Source: the human T2T-CHM13v2.0 reference genome, Homo sapiens
NCBI RefSeq assembly: GCF_009914755.1
Contig: NC_060930.1
Direction: 5' to 3' (one strand)
DNA length: 64,000 nt
Position 1 is the stretch's first letter, and every line of letters begins with the position of its first letter. Made by a program: the position numbers and the translations under genes. Positions 30,096 through 44,954 of this stretch are shown piece by piece. The notes beneath the pieces are model-generated. The model was not told where the DNA came from, made no database searches, and worked only from the letters and a program-made list of their open reading frames with translations.

Positions 30096-31642
30096 ACTCC
30101 TCATCTGGCTTTCTCTCATCCACACCTATCTCCCTCTCTAATTTATCCTCCACAATATAGCCAGAGTAATTCTTTTTAAATGCTCATATGGTCTTTCTCC
30201 CTTTTTTCTTAAAATACCTTAAAAACTTACTTTGGGCTTAACATAAAATCAAAATGTTCAGCACGGTTTCAGATCCAACAAGATCCAGACCTGGCTGAAC
30301 TCAGGGGACACAGACTCCCTCACCTTCTGTGCCCTGGGCACATTAGTCTTCCTTCAGGTCCTCACAGATGCTGTGCTCCTCATGCCAGGACCATGGTACA
30401 CGTTGTCCTGGCTCACTGTGTGCCTGGTTGACTCCTACTCATCCTTTGCATCACAGCTCAAGGGTTACTTCTTCACAAGGTTCTTCCCAATTCTTCAGCC
30501 TCAGTCAGGTCTCTCAAGACTCCCAACTTATTTCCCTCATCATACAGATCCCAATCTGTGATTACATAGTTTTGTGTGATTATTTCTAATTAATGTCTAA
30601 TTCCTCCACTATTATATTATCAGTACCAGTACAGTGCCAGCTGACACTCAATGAGTATTTGTTGAATGAGTAAATGAATGAGTTTACAATTTCAGAAAAT
30701 AGAATGTGTTACCTTAGAAGAAAATCCACACTATGTGGAATGCTTCGAAAAGGACATGCAGTTTTGAATGATTTCATAATATTACTTTGTTTTCTACTCC
30801 ATGAGTAATTTCATGTTAAGTAAAAATATTCTGTGGTTGAAAACTCAATAAATTAGTATGATTTACAATAGGAACAACAAAAATTTAACTTTCTAGTATT
30901 GATGAGGTTCTTTTCTGAGTATATAACTTTAAGCTGATTTCTATTTATTAGTAAAAAGATGATATTTTAATGTGCTTTTCTGCTTATCTAGATTTACAAT
31001 ATTTAAAAATCTTTGCTCTTCAAGTTTCATTTTTTCCTTTAAGGATTTTCAATCAAAAAGTTTAGTAATGAAGCATATATACAGTTCATGAACATGAACA
31101 TATTTTAAGACTTTTGGGAAACACTCAAAACAAAAGCTATTTTGAGAATTAGGAAATAGCTTGTCTGAATATTGCCAAGTGCATTTGGAATAACCTTTTT
31201 GTGGGATGCAATAAAAAAGAAAGACGAAAACTTCAACATTCTCAGTTCAAGGTTACAAGGGAATGTGAACAAAAAGTGTTTCTCATTCTGTTAACACTTG
31301 GACACACAGAACATAAAAACAGTGTCTTCTTTCATTTAAAAAAATTTGAAACACACACAGGGAAACTTTGACCTTCTTGCCTTTTAGCTTCTCTGAGAGA
31401 GTTCTGCATAAATTTTGACCCCTTTTTCTCCTGTCCAACTTTTTACTGTGTATTTAATGAGCTTTGGATACCTATGCATCCCAATATATCCATAATGAGT
31501 TGGCAGTGGGAGAGGAAGAACAGGCCTGCAGATGCTGCTTCTATAATGGACAATGCTGTTGTAATGTCAGGACTTCCCTCTCAGCTGCAAACTGAAGGAG
31601 AAGGAAAATGTTTCATTCATGACACATTAAACACAAATACCA

Positions 31643-31794
31643 TTTTTATTTGTTTGTTTGATTGTTTTTATTTTTGTAGAGACAGGGTTTCACTATGTTG
31701 CCCAAGCTAATCTTGAACTTCCGTTCTAAAGCGATCTTCCAGCCTCAGTTTCCTAAAGTGCTGGGATCACAACTGTAAGCCACCATGCCTGGCC
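31643..31794 (-). mobile_element. FLAM/AluJ left monomer
   Basis: Monomer with T tail; TSD aaatacc. Confidence 0.88.
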
Positions 31795-31908
31795 AAAATA
31801 CCCTTTTTAAAAATAGAAGGGTGCTGGCAGAGTCAGACCAAACAATTTGTCAGGGCAACAGCAAATTTTTAGGCAAAGATGACTCCAGCTCTTAAGAATT
31901 AGGAACCT

Positions 31909-32216
31909 GGCCAGGCGCGGTGGCTCACGCCTGTAATCCCAGCACTTTGGGAGGCCGAGGCTGGCGGATCATGAGGTCAGGAGATTGAGACCATCCTGGC
32001 TAACACGGTGAAACCCCGTCTCTACTAAAAAAGTACAAAAAATTAGCCCGGTGTGGTGGCGGATGCCTACAGTGCCAGCTACTCGGGGGAGGCTGAGGCA
32101 GGAGAATGGCGTGAACCCAGGAAGCGGAGCTTGCAGTGAGCCAAGATCGCGCCACTGCACTCCAGCATGGGCAACAGTGCAAGACTCCGTCTCAAAAAAA
32201 GAAAAAGAAAAAGAAA
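31909..32216 (+). mobile_element. AluY
   Basis: accatcctggctaacacggtg and gaatggcgtgaaccc diagnostics; TSD aagaattaggaacct at 31894-31908 and 32217-32231. Confidence 0.96.
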
Positions 32217-32558
32217 AAGAATTAGGAACCTTATTCTGAACATCTGTATCTTAATCAAATGTTTTGCTCCATAATTAAAAACTCAGAGCCTCAGGTACTA
32301 TTTTGTTCCTATGCAATCTGCCAGCTAATGTAATAGTGTTATAAGAATTTTAAATAAGTAGATAAAATAAATTAAGGATTTAAAATAAAATAAAAATGTG
32401 TTTCAGGAGTGATTGCAGAGAGAAAGAACGTTACACAGTCTGGACCCCAGACCCAAAGGGAATTTAGAGTTTAAACCAAACATAGTGTGGCTGGCGCCCC
32501 TACTGGACAAGTGAGGCACTGCACATGCAGCGGGTTGGGCCTGGGTAATACCTACCTA

Positions 32559-32882
<324 letters not shown>

Positions 32883-33125
32883 TTATCCTGTGAAAGCAAA
32901 GACTCCCAGCTTGTGTCTGTCTTGGAGCCGACTGGACAGTCTGCCTCTTCTTTGCCTAATGCTTCCCCTTTATAGCATTTGGGCAAACTTTCTCCTGTAA
33001 AAATACATCTCAGTTTTTAGAAAAGAACTTTACAGCAAATAATCCAGCTCATTCATTATGACCTAAACCCAGACATGAGGAAAATACATTTATTCAATAT
33101 GGTACCAAATATTATTAAATGTATT

Positions 33126-33481
33126 TGTATTAGTCCATTTTCACACTGCTATAAAGAAATTCCCTGACGCTGAGTAATTTTTAAAGGAAAGAGGTTTCAT
33201 TGACTCACAGTTCTACATGGCTAGGGAGACCTCAGGAAACTTACAATCATGGCAGAAGGGGCAGCCAGCACCTTCTTCGCAAGGTGGCAGGAGAGAGAGA
33301 GAAAAGCCCAGGGGAAAGTGCTGTTTATAAAACCACCAGATCTCGTGAGAACTCACTCACTGTCATGAGGACAGCATGTGGGAAACCGCTCCCATGATCT
33401 AATCACCTCCTACCACGTGGGGATTATGAGGATTACAATTCGAGATGAGATTTGGGTGGGGGCACGGCCTAAACCACATCA
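33126..33481 (-). mobile_element. THE1 solo LTR
   Basis: tgtattagtcc...aaaccacatca; TSD gtatt at 33121-33125 and 33482-33486. Confidence 0.93.
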
Positions 33482-34189
33482 GTATTAAATATGCTACTGA
33501 ATAGAAATAAATAGACTTATTTAGTATACTATTAAATGTGTAAGTCAATACACTTATTCCATGCACTATTAATTTTATAAATTAAAAAATATACTACAGC
33601 AAGAGGCTGAAAGAAAGCTAAGTAATTTTTTTAGAAAATCTGAAGACATTTTACTTATAATTCACAAAGCACAAACATTGTGTATAGCAACAGAAGCAAG
33701 CTGTGATAGGACAGAGCTAATGAAAAACCAACGATAATCTCAGATTGCCCAAGAAACTATAGCAACTCATCAAAAATAGAGTATCTTCCCTAATTTTAGC
33801 CTTTTTGGAAGTAGCAGTAGGCTAACCTCCTTCAACTGATGAGAAAACCATAGCCCAGCCTCCTGGGATCACAGCTACTTGAGCAGCAAAACAAGGAATA
33901 GAACTCCCGTCATTTTAAGGCACCAAAAATCAAGATCTTTACTCAAGATACAGTCTCCATCCTATGAGTTTGCTCCCAGAAATCTCATTTTTCTAAAATC
34001 TTTCCCATCTTTGAAAGTGGTCATTAAATCAGCTACTTTTTCAGACTTTTGTAGTACATAGTATATATCTGTTTCTACTTTAATTATGTATTAGTATTTT
34101 AATGATTGAATAATTAATTTTCATATGAAATAAATAAGTTAAAATCTGTACTGGTTAAAATAAACTTATGTAATCAATAGACCTGGACA

Positions 34190-34530
34190 TTTTAGTCAGT
34201 TAAAAGCAATAGCAATTTATTTCTCACATATGTAGCAGCAGAGGGCTGGTATTCATACTAATGGGCCTCTCTCCTCAACCTGCTGTGTGGCTGTCCTATC
34301 TTCTAGTGATGCATTATCATCTGTATCCAGTGGGCAGAAACTGGAGAAGAGCATGGAAAACCCCACAGGTGCACTTATAAAAAGCCTCAGCCAGCCCAGA
34401 TGTGACACAAGTCACTTTCACTCAAAAGCCAAGGAAGAATGGGAACTGAAGTCTTAGCATTTGCCTGGCAGTATTCCCTTCACTAAAGCAGAGGAGAGAC
34501 TGGACTCAGGTAGATAGCTGACAACCACAG
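34190..34530 (-). mobile_element. Old MLT1-type LTR remnant
   Basis: aatttatttctcaca...gatgtgacacaagtcactttcactca...accaca. Confidence 0.45.
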
Positions 34531-36189
34531 CCATTCTCTCAAATCCAGTACTTAAGGCTTATGTCTTAGTCAATAAGGTAAAAAGAAAATCAATAAGGTA
34601 AAAAGTCAAATCTCAGAAAAATGCTGAGGTTTTTTCCTTGTACTTACTTAATCCACCCATTATTTATTAAAGGCTTGTGCTGAATGCCATAATAATAAAT
34701 CCTGGACTTCACACAACTTATATAAATTAGCAAAGAATATAAGACTGTGCAATTAAAGTTACACAAATAAGATTTTTTTAAATCAAAAGCATACTCAGAT
34801 TGAAATGAACTTTCAGTATCACCCAAAGCACAAAATTACTACTTAAAAGAAAGTAATCAGTCAATAATACACATTCCCTGAACATATGGTTTGCACAAGA
34901 CACTGTTCTGCAATGCTCTGAGTACACACAAGTATAGTATTTGCATCCTATTAGTTCCTCTCTAATTGTGGAACTAATCATTGAAGGCAGTCTATGATTT
35001 CTTTTTCAATTTTAAAATCAGCAATGCTGCTGCCACACCTCTGAGGTAAGGTCATTTCCTTGTTACATGTAACCTTGCTCTCTTTTCAGTTTTTAATTCT
35101 ATTTTGATTATTTTTATTTATAGAGTTCACCTGTCCTGAACACACTACTTCTTCATCGAATATATCAGGTATATATAATCCAGTCTTTGTCTCTTCTATC
35201 ACCATGTCTTGTAGACAAAGCAAGGAATGCCACAGTCTTGGTCTAATTACAGCTTAGCCTAATGAGTACACGCTGAGCGGTATAAGCCCAAATCAACAGG
35301 CCACCCACCAAGAGAGTAAAAAGAAGACCCTGAGTCCTCCCACAGAGACCTGGAAGAGCTTCTGATGGAAACAGGAGATAATTGTGTTTTGCCATTGGCA
35401 AATGCATATAGCACCTAGCACAGCAATACATATGATTTAGTGTTTAATATATATTACTGAAAGTGTGATAACGAAAAGAAAAATAGTGATTTGACAGACA
35501 TACAGCCCAGTGTCTTCCTCCATACTTTCTCCCCATATTTCTAAAGGAGGAATTCTAGGAAGAAACTAGTGGAGAAAAAATATATAGTCACTTACATTAG
35601 GCCACTTATATTTGACTGGGGCTTTTCAAACTAAGATTCAAGACACATTTAAATTAAAAGGTTGTGAGCCTCTAAGTGGATTTCAAAATATTTAAAAATG
35701 CATACCTTTTTTCTACTACCTTGTAATGATCTAGGCAGTTTTTCACTTCACAGAATTCCTGGTTTGTTTTTAATGTTAAATTTTGCCAATTGGAAGCAAG
35801 TAAACACTTGCGGATGTGCTACAGATAAGTGAGTCTCGAATGGGAGCTGATAGAAGAATATCAGAATCTCTGCAGAGATAATGGAGCTAGGAATGTGTAG
35901 TTTGGAAAAACTCCCCAAAATGATTCTACAACTCCCCCACCCTCACCCTCATTTAGAACTACTGTTTGAGCTGTTACTTCATAATGAGATCAAACTGCTG
36001 TCATAGATGTGGAACACCAAGACAAGTGGCTAGAAACCTTGTACATGAAAACAGCGGCCCACCCAAAGTTTGTCTTTTCCTAGGAAGTTATAGAGAAATG
36101 AGGAGGTAACAGAAGAGCAGTCAATAAAAGAAAAATTTCTTTAAAAGACATATGGGTGGGATGAGGACGAATGATTCTTACTTTATCTG

Positions 36190-36650
36190 TAGAAATTGAA
36201 TTTTGCTGCAACTAAGAGAGACCTCGAAAATAGTGATTTACACAAATAAAATTTTGTTCCATCAAGAAAACTGATATTCAGCAGTCCAGGCTGATGCAGT
36301 GGCTTCAAGAGCTCTTCAGCAACCCAGGCACCTTCCAGGTCTTCTTTCCCAATTCTAGTGCTAGTAACTCCTTCATCTCATCATCCAACATGGCTACCAG
36401 AGCTCCAGACATCACGTGTACATCTGAGTTCCAGGAAACCAGACAGAGGGAGAAAAGAAGGGCATGCACGCTCACTTTAAAGAAGACTTCTAAGAAGAAC
36501 CACCTAAAATTCCCCAACCTAGTCCCAAAGCTCACTTGGCTGCTTTCAAGCCTGGAAAATGCAGTCTTTAAGCTGAAAAATGCTATGACAAAATCAGGTA
36601 TTTATATTAAAGAAAGGAGAAGGATAATTGGGAGATAACAGTTTCTGCCT
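36190..36650 (-). mobile_element. LTR33-like ERVL LTR
   Basis: gcagtccaggctgatgcagtggc...acccaggcaccttcc...caacatggctaccagagctccagacatcac...ttccagg. Confidence 0.6.
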
Positions 36651-38296
36651 TAGAGACCTTTAACAACCTCAGAATCAGTCATAAAATTAAATTTATATGA
36701 CATACATGTAAATTAGAAATATATATGAATTCGCATTCATTGGAAATCATTTGGAAAAAAGCTAATCCAAAATTTGGGGTTGTATGAGATTTATATCAAT
36801 CAAATGTCAATGTAAAAGACTGACATAAAGTCGGTCAGGTTAGGATCAATAACCGTATTTTCTCCTTAGCAGTAAGTCTCATTCTTAGTCTCAGACTTTA
36901 AATTATTTGTAATTATTTTTTCATATAAATTCAATGATTTACCTTCAACTTTTTCTAAGCATCCAAAACTGACCTGAAGCCCTGATGCTTCAAAGTTAAC
37001 TTATAGTTCTGTGATTTGTCAAGTATAAAACAGGACTTTCTCCATTGTTTCAGATAAACAATACATTCACGTTTTTTGATAATTAGGTATCTCCTATCTG
37101 ATTTTCACAACCTAATAATTAGTGACTGCCCAACACTAAACAATATCTTAAGAATATAAATAGTTCAATAGATGATGGTGAGAAGAGTGATATTAAAGAT
37201 AATAATTTATAAAGGTAGCATGAAGCCAAATATTAAACAAATAAATAACAAATTTTTAACTGTCTAATATATTTAGGGACTTTAATGAGTGATTAGGTCA
37301 TCTTTGATATGAACACATCTTAATTATTGAAATAATACTCAACAAACTCCTTCCTTACTCAATTTGGCTTTGTAAATTTTCATTAGATTTGAAATCCATA
37401 TGGATGGAACTCGCAAGAAATATGAGTTTAATTGAGGAGTTTCAGTGAAAGAAAATTCTTAAGAAAAAAGAAATGAATTAAATAAAGCAACTTCAGTGTA
37501 AAAAACTTCCAGGATCTTGTCCTACACCCTACTCACTTCCATTGACATACCCTAGCCTTTGCCATTACCAATTGCAGCCTTTCTAGAATCTCAATTTTAA
37601 GCAGCCCATTCTCTGACCAACAGCTTCTGTTTTTGCAATGTATTCCTTCTACTTCTCCAACTTCACCAATCCATTCACAGTACCGCCTTCTCACTGTCTC
37701 TCAGTGCCCCCAGTTCCTCACATCTCTCCTTACCCACCTAAAATTCCATGGTTGTTCACTGTAATTTCTCCCCTGAATACACACCCAAACACTTCATCCT
37801 CCTTTGCCTTGTCGAATTTGCTAGGAAAACCTCCAACCATGGTTATATGCATCTTTCCATCACTCCACACTTACATTACATCCAACTGAACATAGATGGA
37901 GAAAAACACACAACTATGCCAAATCTCTAGCAGCTCTTTCCCCATCCTCACTCTCAGTGGATGACCTGGCTTCCATTTTTAATGAAAATAACAGAAGCAA
38001 TCAGAAGTTCTACAAGCTCTCACCCCACACCCATCTATATCCTCATACTTTCCTTCCCATCCTCTTCCTGTAAACGGACTGTATGTGGTCCTTCATCTCC
38101 ATTTGTGTACCATATCCCATCTCTTCTGGCCTATTAAATGACATGTCTCCAGCAATTCTCCCTCCCTCTTCTGCCTCATCAACTGTTTTTCCTCTCTTGG
38201 ATCACTTCATTAGCAAATCAGTAGGTTTTCACTTTACCCATCTTACCAAAAAAAAAGCAAAACACAAACACCTTTTTGCCCCATTTCCTTCCTCAG

Positions 38297-38675
38297 TATA
38301 TTAGTCCATTTTCATGCTGTTGATAAAGACTTACCAGAGACTAGGAAGAAAAAGAGATTTTAAGGGACTTATATATATATTTCCACATGGCTAGGGAGGC
38401 CTCACAATCATGTCAGAAGGCAAAGAGGCACAAGTCACGTCTTACATGGATGGCGGCAGGCAAAGAGAGAGCTTGTGCAAAGAAACTCCCATTTTTAAAA
38501 CCATCAGATCTCATGAGACCCATTCACTATCACAAGAACAGCATGGGAAAGACCTGTCCCCATGAGTCAATCATCTTCCACCAGGTCTCTCCCACTGGCT
38601 GCCTCCCACAATACATGGGAATTATGGGAGCTACAAGATGAGATTTGGGTGGGGACACAGAGCCAAACCATATCA
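38297..38675 (-). mobile_element. THE1 (B-like) solo LTR
   Basis: tatattagtcc...aaaccatatca; TSD ctcag/cccag. Confidence 0.92.
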
Positions 38676-39304
38676 CCCAGCTATCACTCTCTGCTCCATA
38701 TTACAGGAAAACTCCTTGAAAGCGTTATCTATATTTGCTGTCTCACTCTTCTCCTGCCATTCCGTCCTGAACCCATTTCATTCAGGCTTTCCTACAGACC
38801 ACTTTGTCTAAGCTGCTCCTGTCAAGGTCATTGGTGACCTCCACATTGCTGCATCACAAAGTCAATTCTCAGTCTTGACCTCACTTGATGTATCAGTACC
38901 ATATGACAAGCTTATCATTCTTGAGATACTTTGTTCACTTAGCTTCCAGGATAATATGCTCTCCTAGTCTTCCTCCTCTTTTACTGCTGCTCCTTCTCAG
39001 TCTCATTTGTTCATTGTTGGAATACTCCCAACCTCAGTTCCTGGGCTTCTTATACATCTATACACTCCCTTGGTAATTTTGTTCAATCTCAGGCTGAAGA
39101 CTCTCAAATGTAGATCCTTATCCACGACCTCTCCCTTGAACTCCAGCTCTTTATAGACAACCAGCTACTTGACAGTTCCACTTGGATGTCTAATAAGGCA
39201 TCTCAAATCTCACTTACCTAAACTGAAACTCCTGGTCTCTCCATACACATCCAACACCTGCTCTTCTAGCAGACATCTCCATCTCAGTTAATGCCAACCC
39301 TATC

Positions 39305-39681
39305 TGTATTGGTCAGGCTCAGCTGGGTTCTGCTGAAGCAATAAACGAACTTAACACTGTACCAGCTTCCAAAAGCAAAGGTTTATTTCTTGCTGCCTAT
39401 CTTCTGCCTGTCTCCTATAGTTGCCATCCACATCAGCTTTACTCCAGGAGCCAGAATTACAGAATAACCTTTATCTGGAAAATTACTGGATTTGTGGCAA
39501 AAGGAAAAATGACACACGAACCAAGTGCTGGCTCTTAAAGCTTCTGACCACTTCTATTGGTCAAGCAAGTCACATGGCTTCCCATTTTCCACAGGGCAGA
39601 GGTGTATTGTCCCCTCACGGGAAAGGAGCCTACATCTAGTGAAACTAAAATATTTGGTAAACAGTAAAACAGTCTACCACA
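39305..39681 (-). mobile_element. MLT1 (K/L-like) LTR
   Basis: tgtattggtcagg...aaaggtttatttcttgct...ctggctcttaaagcttct...attggtcaagcaagtcacatggc...ctaccaca. Confidence 0.65.
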
Positions 39682-39951
39682 CTGGTCCCCCAGTTGCTCT
39701 GGCTAAAACTCTTGGCTCCTCTCCTGTTTTCAAATCAAATCCATCAATAGATCTACCACTTCTAGGTTTGAGCATCCTGGTCCATATGCCATGTACAGGT
39801 TTCTATCTGGTCTTCCTGTTTCTACCCTTTCCCCACTAGCCTATTCTCCAGATAGTGGGCAAAAGTGAACATTTTATATATTTATTTATTTTAGTTATTA
39901 AAATGTGAGTTTAATTATCTTCTTTTGGAATTCTACAACATTATTTGATAA

Positions 39952-40568
39952 TTTTTTTCAACTTTTATTTTAGAATCAGGGATATATGTGCAGGTCTAAT
40001 CATACCTTTGTAACAAAGGTATGATCTGAGGTTTGGAGTACAAATGAATCCGTCATCCATGTACTGAGCATAGTAGACAATAAGTGGTTTTTCAGTTCTT
40101 GCCCCTCTTCTTCCCTCCTCCCACTTGTATTCCCCAGTATCTATTGTTCCCATCTTTAAGTCCATGAGTACCCAATATTTAGTTCCTACTTATAAGTGAG
40201 AACATGCAGTATTTAGTTTTCTGTTTCTGTGTTAGTTTGCTTAGGATAATGGTTTCCAGCTGCATCTGTGTTGCCACAAAGGATATGATTTAATTCTTTA
40301 TGGCTGCATAGTATTCCATGGTGTATATGTACCACATTTTCTTTATTCAGTCCGCCATTGATGGCCACCTGGGTTGATTCCATGTCTTTTCTATTGTGAA
40401 TACTGCTGCAATGAACATATGGGTGCACGTTTCGGTAGAACCTGTGGGTATATGTACTGTAATCAAATTGCTGGGCCCAATGGTAGTTCAACTCTTAGTT
40501 CTTTGAGAAATCTCCAAACTTCTCTCCACAGTGTCTCAACTAATTTACATTCCCACCACAGTGTATAA
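39952..40568 (-). mobile_element. L1 3' fragment (old L1PA/L1PB)
   Basis: L1 3' UTR and ORF2 C-terminus (WWECKLV...VWRFLKEL...LP..PAI). Confidence 0.9.
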
Positions 40569-41666
40569 GTAAGTGTCAACGTGATCATTTTAAAACACAA
40601 GTCAGATTCTGTTGTGCTTCTTCTCAAAAGTGTCAAATGGCTCCCCCTCTCACTCAGGGTAAAAGCCAACATCTCTCCAACAACCTTGTAAATTCTGACA
40701 TGATCCTTTCATCCATCACCTCCCTGACTCCATTGCTTCTTCTTCATCTCCAGTTCACTCTCTTCCAGCTATGCGGACTGCTCTGCTGTCCTCAAACAGA
40801 CCAAGTACATTCCAGCCTCAGGACATTTGCACTTGTAATTTCCCCTTCCTGGAACGTACTTCTCCCAGATTTCCATGTGGCACATCTCCAATCCTCTTCA
40901 GGTATTTGCTCAGATGCCACTTTTTCAGTTTGTCTGTATTTGTCAATCAATTTAAGATTTTACCCCCATCCCTCACCCTGAAACTCCCCCTTCTCTTTCT
41001 GTCTTAATTGTTTCCATAGCACTCATCCCTGTGCAATTTTCTGGTGTATTTTTTTTATTGTCTCTCTATTCCACTAGAATATAAACTCCTTGACTGTATG
41101 GACTTTTGTCCATTTTATTCATTATTGTAGCCCTAACATACTTTATCTGGATCAATTGACAATAAACATTTATTTAATGAATAAATTAGTGAATGATTCA
41201 AACTATAGAAAGCTTTGAAAAACTCAAACATAGAAAGATGTAACTTAAAGAAACAGAAGAAAATATAGTAAATATTAATAAATATTGTGCATTCACACAA
41301 ACCCAAGAAGCTTGCTGGGTTATCTGTCCCAAACTAGAGAAAATGAAAAGAATCCGAGTGGGGAAATAACACTAAGGAAAAGCACTAAAAGTGTTACTTC
41401 TAAAACTATAATATTAATGACCAAGGCAAAACTCTAAAGTTCCCTGTTTCATTTATTACAAAATGCTTAATTTAAATTCCAATTTGAAAGTATATATATT
41501 TTAACTATTTATCTCTGCCAAAGCAAAAATGTAGTAGACTATCTCATAAATAGCTGTGCCACTCTAAGTGGTCAATCAAAATTTACTTCACTTCTGATTC
41601 CAGACTAAAAAGAAAGCCTTTTGGCTAGATTAATTATCTGCATCCTAGGCTGGTATTGTCTGAGAG

Positions 41667-41888
41667 CAGGGTTTCTCAACCTCAGCACTATTCACATTTG
41701 TGGGCTAAGTAATCCTTGTAGGAGGATACTCTTTGCATTATAGAATGTTGAACAGCATACCTGGCCTCTACCCACTAGATGCCAGTAGCACTTCCCCAGT
41801 TGTGACAACAAAAAATGTTTACAGACATTACCAAATATCTTCGGGGTGGAGGAGGGAAAGGGACATAATCATCTTTTCAGAACCACTG
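41667..41888 (-). mobile_element. MER20 (hAT-Charlie MITE), near full length
   Basis: TIRs cagggtttctcaa / cagaaccactg; ctggcctctacccactagatgccagtagcac core. Confidence 0.9.
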
Positions 41889-42890
41889 CCCTAGAGTATT
41901 ACAATGCCCATCAAGGCAGCATTCCTGTATGGTTTCAGGTTGTGACCCATAAAATGCTCTGTGGGATTATTAGGAATTATTGCACCAAACTAGGCAAGCA
42001 GATTCTAAAAGTATGATTTGGGGAAATAATGAAAAGGTTCCCCTTGAAATAAAGCACTCCTGATTTTTTTTTCCTTAAAATTACTTTCTCTTGGAAGTGT
42101 AGAAAGATGTTGCCTGGAAGGCGTAACTTATTATTAAGGCATATTGGCCATTAATGCTTTAATGATGGCCTAGGAACAGAGCTCAAAACCAAGAGGAAAG
42201 ACAAAAGAAGTTTTAACAGAGAGAATGAAAGAAAATTCTAGAACATGAGATGGAGGCTCTACAGTGGGTAATCTTATTTCACGAAATACATGAGGTTTCT
42301 GGACTCATGGTAAGAAGGAGAAGATTACTCTCTGAGGGAAAATTCTGCATGTCAACAATGTATTTAGAAATGGCTCTGCTAGTAACCTCAACTGAGGAAA
42401 AAATAAAACTGAAGTGATCAATTAAAACTAATATGATAGTTTTTAATCAATATAAATAACTAATTTTATTATTTTTATAGTCTGTACTAACATTCAAGTT
42501 TAAACGAATTGAAAATGAAATTATTCAAAACTAATAGGAACTCTGACATAAGTACATTAGTCAAATCTGAAATACTTTTGAAAACTTTTAAATGAACTCA
42601 TCAAGTATCAAAACTTTTTTAAAATATCTTCTTAAGCCTTTTATATCTAAAAAAAACTTTTGTTTCCCTTTTCTGGCAACTGGTAAATTCTCAAACTTAA
42701 TGTTAAAAAAAGAAATGAGTAAAATAACTGATTATGCCAGAGAGGAGCCCTTCCTCTGAGCAGAACAACCAGCAATGCTGGCTCAATTCTTCTTCTGGAA
42801 ACCACAAATAAGAGTTACTAGACAGATATTTAAAGCATTTGAAGATTTTCAATAAATCAACTTTTAGCTCTTTATAAAGAAAGTATATTA

Positions 42891-43660
42891 TCAACATCAG
42901 AGAAATGCAAATTAAAACCACAATGAGATACCATCTCACACCAGCAAGAATGACGATTATTAAGAAGACAAAAAATAACAGATGTTGGTGAGGATGCAGA
43001 GAAAAAGGAACTCTCATACACTGTTGGTGGGAATGTAAATTAATACAACCTCTGTGGAAAACAGTATGGAGGTTTCTCAAAGAACTCAAATAGAACTACG
43101 ATTCAATCCAGCAATCCCACTACTGGGTATCTATCCAAAGGGAAATAAATCAATATATCAAAAAGATACCTGCACTCATATGTCTATTGCAGCACCATTC
43201 ACAATGACAAAGATAGAGAATCAATCTAAGTGTCCATCAATGGATGAACAGATAAAGGAAATGTGGAATATATACACAATGGAATACTATTCAGCCATTT
43301 AAAAAAAGAATGAAATCATGTCCTCTGCAGCAACGTGGATGGAACTGGAGGTCATTACCTTAAGCTAAACACTCCAGGAGCAGAAACACAAATATCTCAT
43401 GTTCTCACTCATAAGTGAGCGCTAAAAACAAAAAAAAAAATGTGTTAACATGGACATAGAGAGTAGAATGATAGATAATAGACACTTGGAAGGGTGAGGG
43501 GGTGTGAGGGAGGATGATTTGAAATTAGTTAATAGGCACAATGTACGTTATTTGGGTGATGAATACCCTAAAAGCCTGGACTTGACGGCTACACAATCTA
43601 CGCATGTAACAAAATTGCATGTGTAGCCCATACATTTGTACAAATTACAAGAAAAAAAAT
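42891..43660 (+). mobile_element. L1 3' fragment (L1MA/L1PB class)
   Basis: ORF2 C-terminus (43054-43302 ...PAIPLLGIYPK...MEYYSAI), 3' UTR and A tail. Confidence 0.92.
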
Positions 43661-44090
43661 ATTATTAAATTAGTGATTCTGTATTTCTTTCTCTCCAATG
43701 AAGACATTCTAGCATTGAAATACGTATGGTTCCTATAATTTAAATCCATTTTTCAATTCTACATTGTAACTGGAAGAACTGGTGTAAATAAATCTAAATG
43801 CACACATCATTAGAAACTTTATTCCAGTTTCCAGAGTAATTTAAATCTTCTCAACTCCACCTGACTTTGTACTAGAGCTATATTCAGGGAGTAGAATTGA
43901 TTTGTTTCATTTTTCTATCCTCATACTGAAAAAATACACAAATTAATTACAAGACCAAAAGTAAAAAGTTAACGACATTTTTTAAAACTTCATGTTATCT
44001 CTTGAGTCCACAAATTGGATAACTGTTCTCTAAAATTAAATACTAGTCACAATTATATGTACCTTAAAGTACTCTTAGACTAACATCTAA

Positions 44091-44485
<395 letters not shown>

Positions 44486-44661
44486 TATGTTTACATTTTA
44501 TACTATAGTTACAAATTAGTTTTAAAGGGAGAAAAAATATAGCTCATCCATCAGTAGAGTGAATTAAGGCTTTCAGTTTAAGAAGAAAACTATGAACACA
44601 GCCCAAGCTCTCAAGTATCCATTTACAGAGGATCTTCCATTTTTCTGCCAAAGCTGATTTT

Positions 44662-44954
44662 TTTTTTTTTTTTGAGACGGAATCTTGCCCTGTCACCCAG
44701 GCTGGAGTACAGTGGAGCCATCTCGGCTCACTACAAGCTCTGCTTCCTGGGTTCACGCCATTCTCCTGCCTCAGCCTCCCGAGTAGCTGGGACTACAGGC
44801 ACCCGCCACCACGCCCGGCTAACTTTTTATATTTTTAGTAGAGTTGGGGTTTCACTGTGTTAGCCAGGATGGTCTCGAACTCCTGACCTAATGATCTGCC
44901 TGCCTCGGCCTCCCAAAGTGCTGGGATTACAGGCGTGAGCCACTGTGCCCGGTC
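44662..44954 (-). mobile_element. AluY
   Basis: gggttcacgccattctc and gttagccaggatggtctcg; TSD caaagctgattttt. Confidence 0.95.

Larger units (their letters stand above)
37500..41195 (+). mobile_element. Long L2 remnant interrupted by THE1, MLT1 and L1
   Basis: Sense L2 motifs (gtcaaggtcattggtgacctccacattgc; ccacttggatgtctaataaggcatctcaa; cctcaggacatttgcacttg; ccactagaatataaactcc; aataaacatttatttaatgaataaa). Confidence 0.85.

Noticed and set aside
32491-32506. CTCF-like ccagtaggggcgccag on minus
   Set aside because: One base short in the G-run, so the core is misaligned
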